In this document: piece after piece, positions 59,699-64,000 of the stretch
Position numbering within the stretch: position 1 is the stretch's first letter
How the letters are laid out: the number at the start of each line of letters is the position of its first letter
Virus record (IMG/VR): IMGVR_UViG_3300021387_000199
Span: 1 to 64,000 of that record
Source: a virus
Taxonomy: Duplodnaviria; Caudoviricetes
Direction: 5' to 3' (one strand)
Length of the DNA: 64,000 bases
The notes under the pieces: model-generated
The model's input: the letters and a program-made list of their open reading frames with translations, nothing else
Databases searched by the model: none
What the model was told of the DNA's origin: nothing
Program-made: the position numbers and the translations under genes

Positions 59699-60076
59699 GT
59701 GAGTAAGAAGATTAGACCTATCACTGTCAACCCTGAGATCGAGGCTTATCTGCTTCAGGTCGGCACCGTCGCAAAGTCCGACGATTTCGAGATCGTACCC
59801 GAGGAGCCCTTCCGCCGGAGTCGCGCTAAGGATCGTTTCATCGCTCAGGAGCGCGCTAAGTCTCGTAAGTCCCGCTCTCTGAACCTGAAGAAGACCCGTG
59901 ATCGTAAGATCTGGACTGACGATGTTCAGCCTACCGGGAAAGATGTCCGTTACTGGGTCGGTGAGACTTTCCCGGGCAGAGACCGCTACCTGATCTATAA
60001 GGTCACAGAGCGTAAGGATCCGTTAAGAGTCCGCCGCGCCCTGGATTCTTCCGCCGAGAAACTCGCCGAGATCTAA
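59699..60076 (+). CDS. Basic hypothetical early protein
   Basis: AAGGAGG RBS, GTG 59699. Confidence 0.65.
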   Translation: MSKKIRPITVNPEIEAYLLQVGTVAKSDDFEIVPEEPFRRSRAKDRFIAQERAKSRKSRSLNLKKTRDRKIWTDDVQPTGKDVRYWVGETFPGRDRYLIYKVTERKDPLRVRRALDSSAEKLAEI

Positions 60077-60156
60077 CCTTCCCTTCTTCAGGGATAGCGT
60101 GAAGCCGACGGCTTAAAGATAGTAGCCGTTAAGAAGAACTTAATAAGAACTAACGA

Positions 60157-60187
60157 AAGCCGTTCTCAGTTCGAGGGCGGCTCTTTT
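60157..60187 (+). terminator. Terminator-like hairpin, paralogous to one at ~59623-59651
   Basis: agccgttctc...gagggcggct followed by T tract at both sites. Confidence 0.6.
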
Positions 60188-60206
60188 ATAAAGGAGGATT
60201 TGATTC

Positions 60207-62105
60207 ATGTCGCAGGAAAGAATATTTGAAACTATCAACGGAACGGAAATCGACGTCACTACGGTCATGGATAAGACGGTCGAATATATCCCGACCGCGG
60301 AAGAAGTCGAAAAGGTAAAGGCCGGCGTTAAGGCTCATCTCGACGAGTTCTTCCCGGGTCTTCTTGACGAAGAGACCGGACTGGACGTCATGTTTAGGGA
60401 GAACGGGGTCTTCTGGAAAGAGAAAGGGTGGCTCATCGCGGCTATGAAGAGCCACCCGGGCTACAACGGAAACCTTCAGATCGTCCTGAAGAAAGACGTA
60501 CTCCACAGAGCTGTTAACTCGAAAGAAGTTTTTGAGTTCTTCGGGTGGGCGGCAGACAAGCTCGTCGAAGAGAAAACCTATCTTTTCAGGGGAAAGGAAG
60601 TCTCTTATGAAGAGTACTATCGGAGGCAAAGGGATATTCTCAACAAGAAGGAGCGCCTCCTCGAAATCAGAAGAAACACGTACTCAGAACAGGTGTTCAT
60701 CAAAACCGGCGACCTGTTCGATCTTCTACATAAAAAATTTAAGGCGTTCACCACCGATCTTAAGTATAAGAAAGAATACGTGGCTCTGGACGTGGTAAGA
60801 GATTGGTTCTGCCAAACTGGAGAAGCGATCGTAGATCAGGAACTCGCCGACAAGGTAAATGACGTATTCTCTGACACACGCTTCACCTGTCCGGGACAGA
60901 AGATCAGCCGGCTCGTCGGGAAGATCGCCAAGAGAACTCCGCTGACAAAGATCGTCGATATTCAGGACGTATCTTTCCTCGACCAGAACGGGGAACGCCA
61001 CTACAAGACAAAAGATTTCGGTTGGAATTACAGATTCGCCGGATTAGGCGACGCTATCAACCCGCTGGAAATCCCGGCGACCACGGTTATTTCGGTTAAC
61101 CCTGTGGACTTTTTACGCATGTCGTTCGGTCACAAGTGGGCTTCCTGCATGACCACCGACAAGAGAAACCGCCGGGGGGCAGATAATAATTACCACGGCA
61201 TGTACTGTGGTGGAACAGAGAGCTATATGCTCGACGAGTCCACGTTCCTGATGTACACACTGCCGGCAGACTTTGAGGGAGACGAACCCGAGTGGGAAGA
61301 CAAACTGAAGCGCTGCAATTTCCACATAGGGGAAGATAAGATCATTCAGGGCAGGGTGTATCCCGACGGAAGAGACGGCGGCGACGCTTCAATCTCCGGC
61401 GATATGAGACGGATTGCCCAGAGAGTTATCTCTGAACTCTTCGACGCCCCGAACTACTGGGATCTGAAGAAGGGAACCAGCGAATGTAGCACCTACACAC
61501 TTTCGAGAGGTGTTCACTATAGAGATTACCTGCACTACGGCGATTGCACCGTCTCACACTGGAAGAGAATCGACGGTTTCAGGAACGGAAAGTATATCAA
61601 AATCGGGCACTCCTCGATCTGCCCGGAGTGCGGAAGGGAACACGATACTGAAGATAACGTGTTCTGTGAAGACTGCCAGAATCCCGGCTATACCTGTGAA
61701 GAGTGCGGCTGTTGCGTAGACAGGGACGACGTCGTCTGGGTCAACGGAAATCCGTACTGTTCCGATTGTGTATTCTACTGCGAAAGATGCGGAGAGTATC
61801 ACTTAGCAGACGAGATGACGTGGATCCCGACGGAAGACGGATACGTCTGTGATGATTGCCGAGACAGGCTTTACGTCTACTCGGAAGAGAGAGACGAATA
61901 TCTCAGGGAAAGAGACGCCGTAGAGACCGAGGAAGGCAACTATTACCGCCCGGATTCCGATGGCTACGGAACCTGTTATGAGTGCGGGGAATATCACGAC
62001 GCAGATAACTTGATCTACGACGACGAAACCGAAGAGTACTACTGCGAAGACTGTTACGCCGAGCTTATCCGGCAAAGGGAAGCGGCGGAAGAGCAGACAG
62101 CGTAA
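60207..62105 (+). CDS. Large early protein with C-terminal tandem zinc ribbons, 632 aa
   Basis: ISVNPVDFLRMSFGHKWASC motif; about eight CxxC pairs at the C-terminus. Confidence 0.85.
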   Translation: MSQERIFETINGTEIDVTTVMDKTVEYIPTAEEVEKVKAGVKAHLDEFFPGLLDEETGLDVMFRENGVFWKEKGWLIAAMKSHPGYNGNLQIVLKKDVLHRAVNSKEVFEFFGWAADKLVEEKTYLFRGKEVSYEEYYRRQRDILNKKERLLEIRRNTYSEQVFIKTGDLFDLLHKKFKAFTTDLKYKKEYVALDVVRDWFCQTGEAIVDQELADKVNDVFSDTRFTCPGQKISRLVGKIAKRTPLTKIVDIQDVSFLDQNGERHYKTKDFGWNYRFAGLGDAINPLEIPATTVISVNPVDFLRMSFGHKWASCMTTDKRNRRGADNNYHGMYCGGTESYMLDESTFLMYTLPADFEGDEPEWEDKLKRCNFHIGEDKIIQGRVYPDGRDGGDASISGDMRRIAQRVISELFDAPNYWDLKKGTSECSTYTLSRGVHYRDYLHYGDCTVSHWKRIDGFRNGKYIKIGHSSICPECGREHDTEDNVFCEDCQNPGYTCEECGCCVDRDDVVWVNGNPYCSDCVFYCERCGEYHLADEMTWIPTEDGYVCDDCRDRLYVYSEERDEYLRERDAVETEEGNYYRPDSDGYGTCYECGEYHDADNLIYDDETEEYYCEDCYAELIRQREAAEEQTA

Positions 62106-62139
62106 AGGAAGAGAGAATTAAGAGAGAGGAGAACTAATC

Positions 62140-63204
62140 ATGAGTAAGAAGACTAAGAAGAACGAGGTCGTAGCCGCTGCCAGAGTAGGCGGAAAGGTAA
62201 AGAAGGAAGGCAATCTGACCATCAGGAGATTCGACGATACACCGAGAAACCGGCGCTTCGAAGAACTCTGTGTGAAGACTCAGGAGGAACTGAAGAGCTG
62301 GTTGAAGTCGTACCTCGCCGGCATCGGAAAGGAAGTGATCGAGGGAGACGGCTGGCTGTTCGTAGACGGATCAACACCGGTACTGCTTACAGCCCACATG
62401 GATACGGTACACGCTGAGAAGCCGAAGGAAATCGTGTACGAGAACGGAACTATTTCCAGCCCTCAGGGAATCGGCGGTGATGATCGTTGCGGAGTTTACG
62501 CGATCATCGAGATCCTGAAAGAGATCGACTGCCCGGCATTGTTCTGCGAAGACGAAGAGATCGGCGGGATCGGAAGCAACAAATTCACGGCAACCGACCT
62601 CTGTGAAGACCTCGGCAAGAGAATTCATTTCGTGATCGACATAGACCGGGCTAACCACAACGACGCGGTTTATTACGAGCAGGCTAACACAAAGTTTGAG
62701 AGATTCGTAGAGGCAGAGTTCTGGAAACAGAGCTGGGGATCCTTCACGGATATCTGCCACCTCTGCCCGGCTCTGGAAGTCTCCGGCGTAAACCTGAGCT
62801 GCGGATATTACAAGCAGCATACGCTGAACGAATACGTCGTTCTGGAAGAGCTGGAGAAAGCGATAAGGGAAACTAAGAAGTTAATCCGCCGAGCCGGGGA
62901 AGAGAGATACGAGTATATAGAGGATACATACTCCCGCTGGGACAGCTTCTACGGAAAGTATTCTTACGGATCCTACGGTTCCTATAAGTCCTTCAAGGAC
63001 GAATTCTTCTATGTGTCATACCTCGGCAATTCAGGGGAAGAGGTCGAGTTCATTCAGGCTTCAAACGAAATCGAAGCTCTCGGGCAGTTCTTCATGGATC
63101 ATCCGACACTGACGTACAACGACGTAATCAGCTACGGATACGAAGACGACTATGATTACGACTTTGGCTACGATAAAGATTTCTCCGCTCTGATCCACGG
63201 GTAA
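62140..63204 (+). CDS. M20/M28-family zinc peptidase-like protein
   Basis: AHMDTVH, GGDDRCG, EDEEIGG, FTDI, NLSCGYYKQHT motifs. Confidence 0.85.
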   Translation: MSKKTKKNEVVAAARVGGKVKKEGNLTIRRFDDTPRNRRFEELCVKTQEELKSWLKSYLAGIGKEVIEGDGWLFVDGSTPVLLTAHMDTVHAEKPKEIVYENGTISSPQGIGGDDRCGVYAIIEILKEIDCPALFCEDEEIGGIGSNKFTATDLCEDLGKRIHFVIDIDRANHNDAVYYEQANTKFERFVEAEFWKQSWGSFTDICHLCPALEVSGVNLSCGYYKQHTLNEYVVLEELEKAIRETKKLIRRAGEERYEYIEDTYSRWDSFYGKYSYGSYGSYKSFKDEFFYVSYLGNSGEEVEFIQASNEIEALGQFFMDHPTLTYNDVISYGYEDDYDYDFGYDKDFSALIHG

Positions 63205-63419
63205 TCTGAGTCCGAAAGCTAAAGACGGTAACCGCTAAACAAGGGAGATCTGAACTTCAGGTCTCTCTTTTTATATAGAAACCGCCGGCGAGAAGAACGG
63301 ATCGGGGATTAGGCGAACAGCCCGGCTCCCGGCACGACGTGACCTACAGACCTACGCAACCAGTTAACCGAGAAGATAAAGATAGAAACAGTTTCTAAGT
63401 TCTGAAAGGAGAAAACACT

Positions 63420-64000
63420 ATGGCTATCAATCAGGTAATCGCTATCAACGAGAACGACGCTCAGTACGCAGACATGATTCAGGAGGTAAAGGAAGGTATG
63501 AACAAAGACAATCTTATCATCATAGCCCGCTCAGAGAAGAACCGGAAGGCAGACGAGATCATCCCGCTGACCGTGAAGAACGGGATCTACTTCTACGTGG
63601 CGTATAGCCTGAAAGGCAAGCTGGTATTCCCCGGCAAGTACGATCTGGAAGACGTAGAAACCGCGAAGAGAAACACGATGAACGAGGCTCGCCTCGGCGT
63701 TATGTTTGAGGTTCTCATTGGCGGAGGTAAGAGACTTTCTGACTGGACCCCGGACGAAGAGCCTATGAACATCGCTACTCTTCAGGGCAACGCAAACGGA
63801 GCCGGCCTTCTTCTCTGCGAAGACTTCTGGAAAGAGATCCGCGAGAAGTTCGACGACGACTTCTATATCCTGCCGAGCTCTATCCATGAGCTGATTATAG
63901 TTCCGAAGTCCGCCGGGATGAGTAAGGCAGATCTCGACGCTATGGTTCGCGACGTCAATAGAACTCAGGTTTCAGATAATGAGTTCCTCGCTGACAACGC
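63420..64000 (+). CDS. DUF5688-like protein (partial)
   Basis: AAGGAG RBS; FYILPSSIHELIIVP...MVRDVN motif; runs off window. Confidence 0.75.
   Translation, partial: MAINQVIAINENDAQYADMIQEVKEGMNKDNLIIIARSEKNRKADEIIPLTVKNGIYFYVAYSLKGKLVFPGKYDLEDVETAKRNTMNEARLGVMFEVLIGGGKRLSDWTPDEEPMNIATLQGNANGAGLLLCEDFWKEIREKFDDDFYILPSSIHELIIVPKSAGMSKADLDAMVRDVNRTQVSDNEFLADN

Noticed and set aside
52052-60096. Recurring CTTCAGGGA motif (52052, 55904, 59196, 60086) as a phage promoter
   Set aside because: CTTCAG/CTGAAG is frequent throughout coding DNA and positions relative to genes are inconsistent

Overview
A 64-kb segment of a large tailed phage (SPbeta-like gene set: YonO-type RNA polymerase, YonK-like, HU, PIN-PhoH), probably infecting Clostridia/Lachnospiraceae. 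Positions 1-55,101 are almost all minus-strand middle/late genes (tail, ~20.4-kb tape measure gene, lysis, head, packaging, RNAP). An AT-rich divergence region with DnaA boxes follows, then plus-strand early genes from 57,166. The fragmented ORF track is an artefact of stop-codon reassignment. Every break I checked is an in-frame TAG, and the reconstructed genes end in TAA/TGA. The TAGs fall on conserved glutamate positions (GH73 catalytic Glu, terminase, tape measure, internal repeats), which points to TAG=Glu rather than the TAG=Gln (code 15) usually reported in phages. Other notable elements are an array of seven tRNA-like RNAs with aberrant anticodon arms, a group I intron with a GIY-YIG endonuclease in the major capsid gene, several apparent ACG/ATC start codons, an IF2-N-like domain, and a structured ~600-nt leader. 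Homolog motifs quoted are recalled family consensus, not database results. CDS coordinates assume TAG readthrough.
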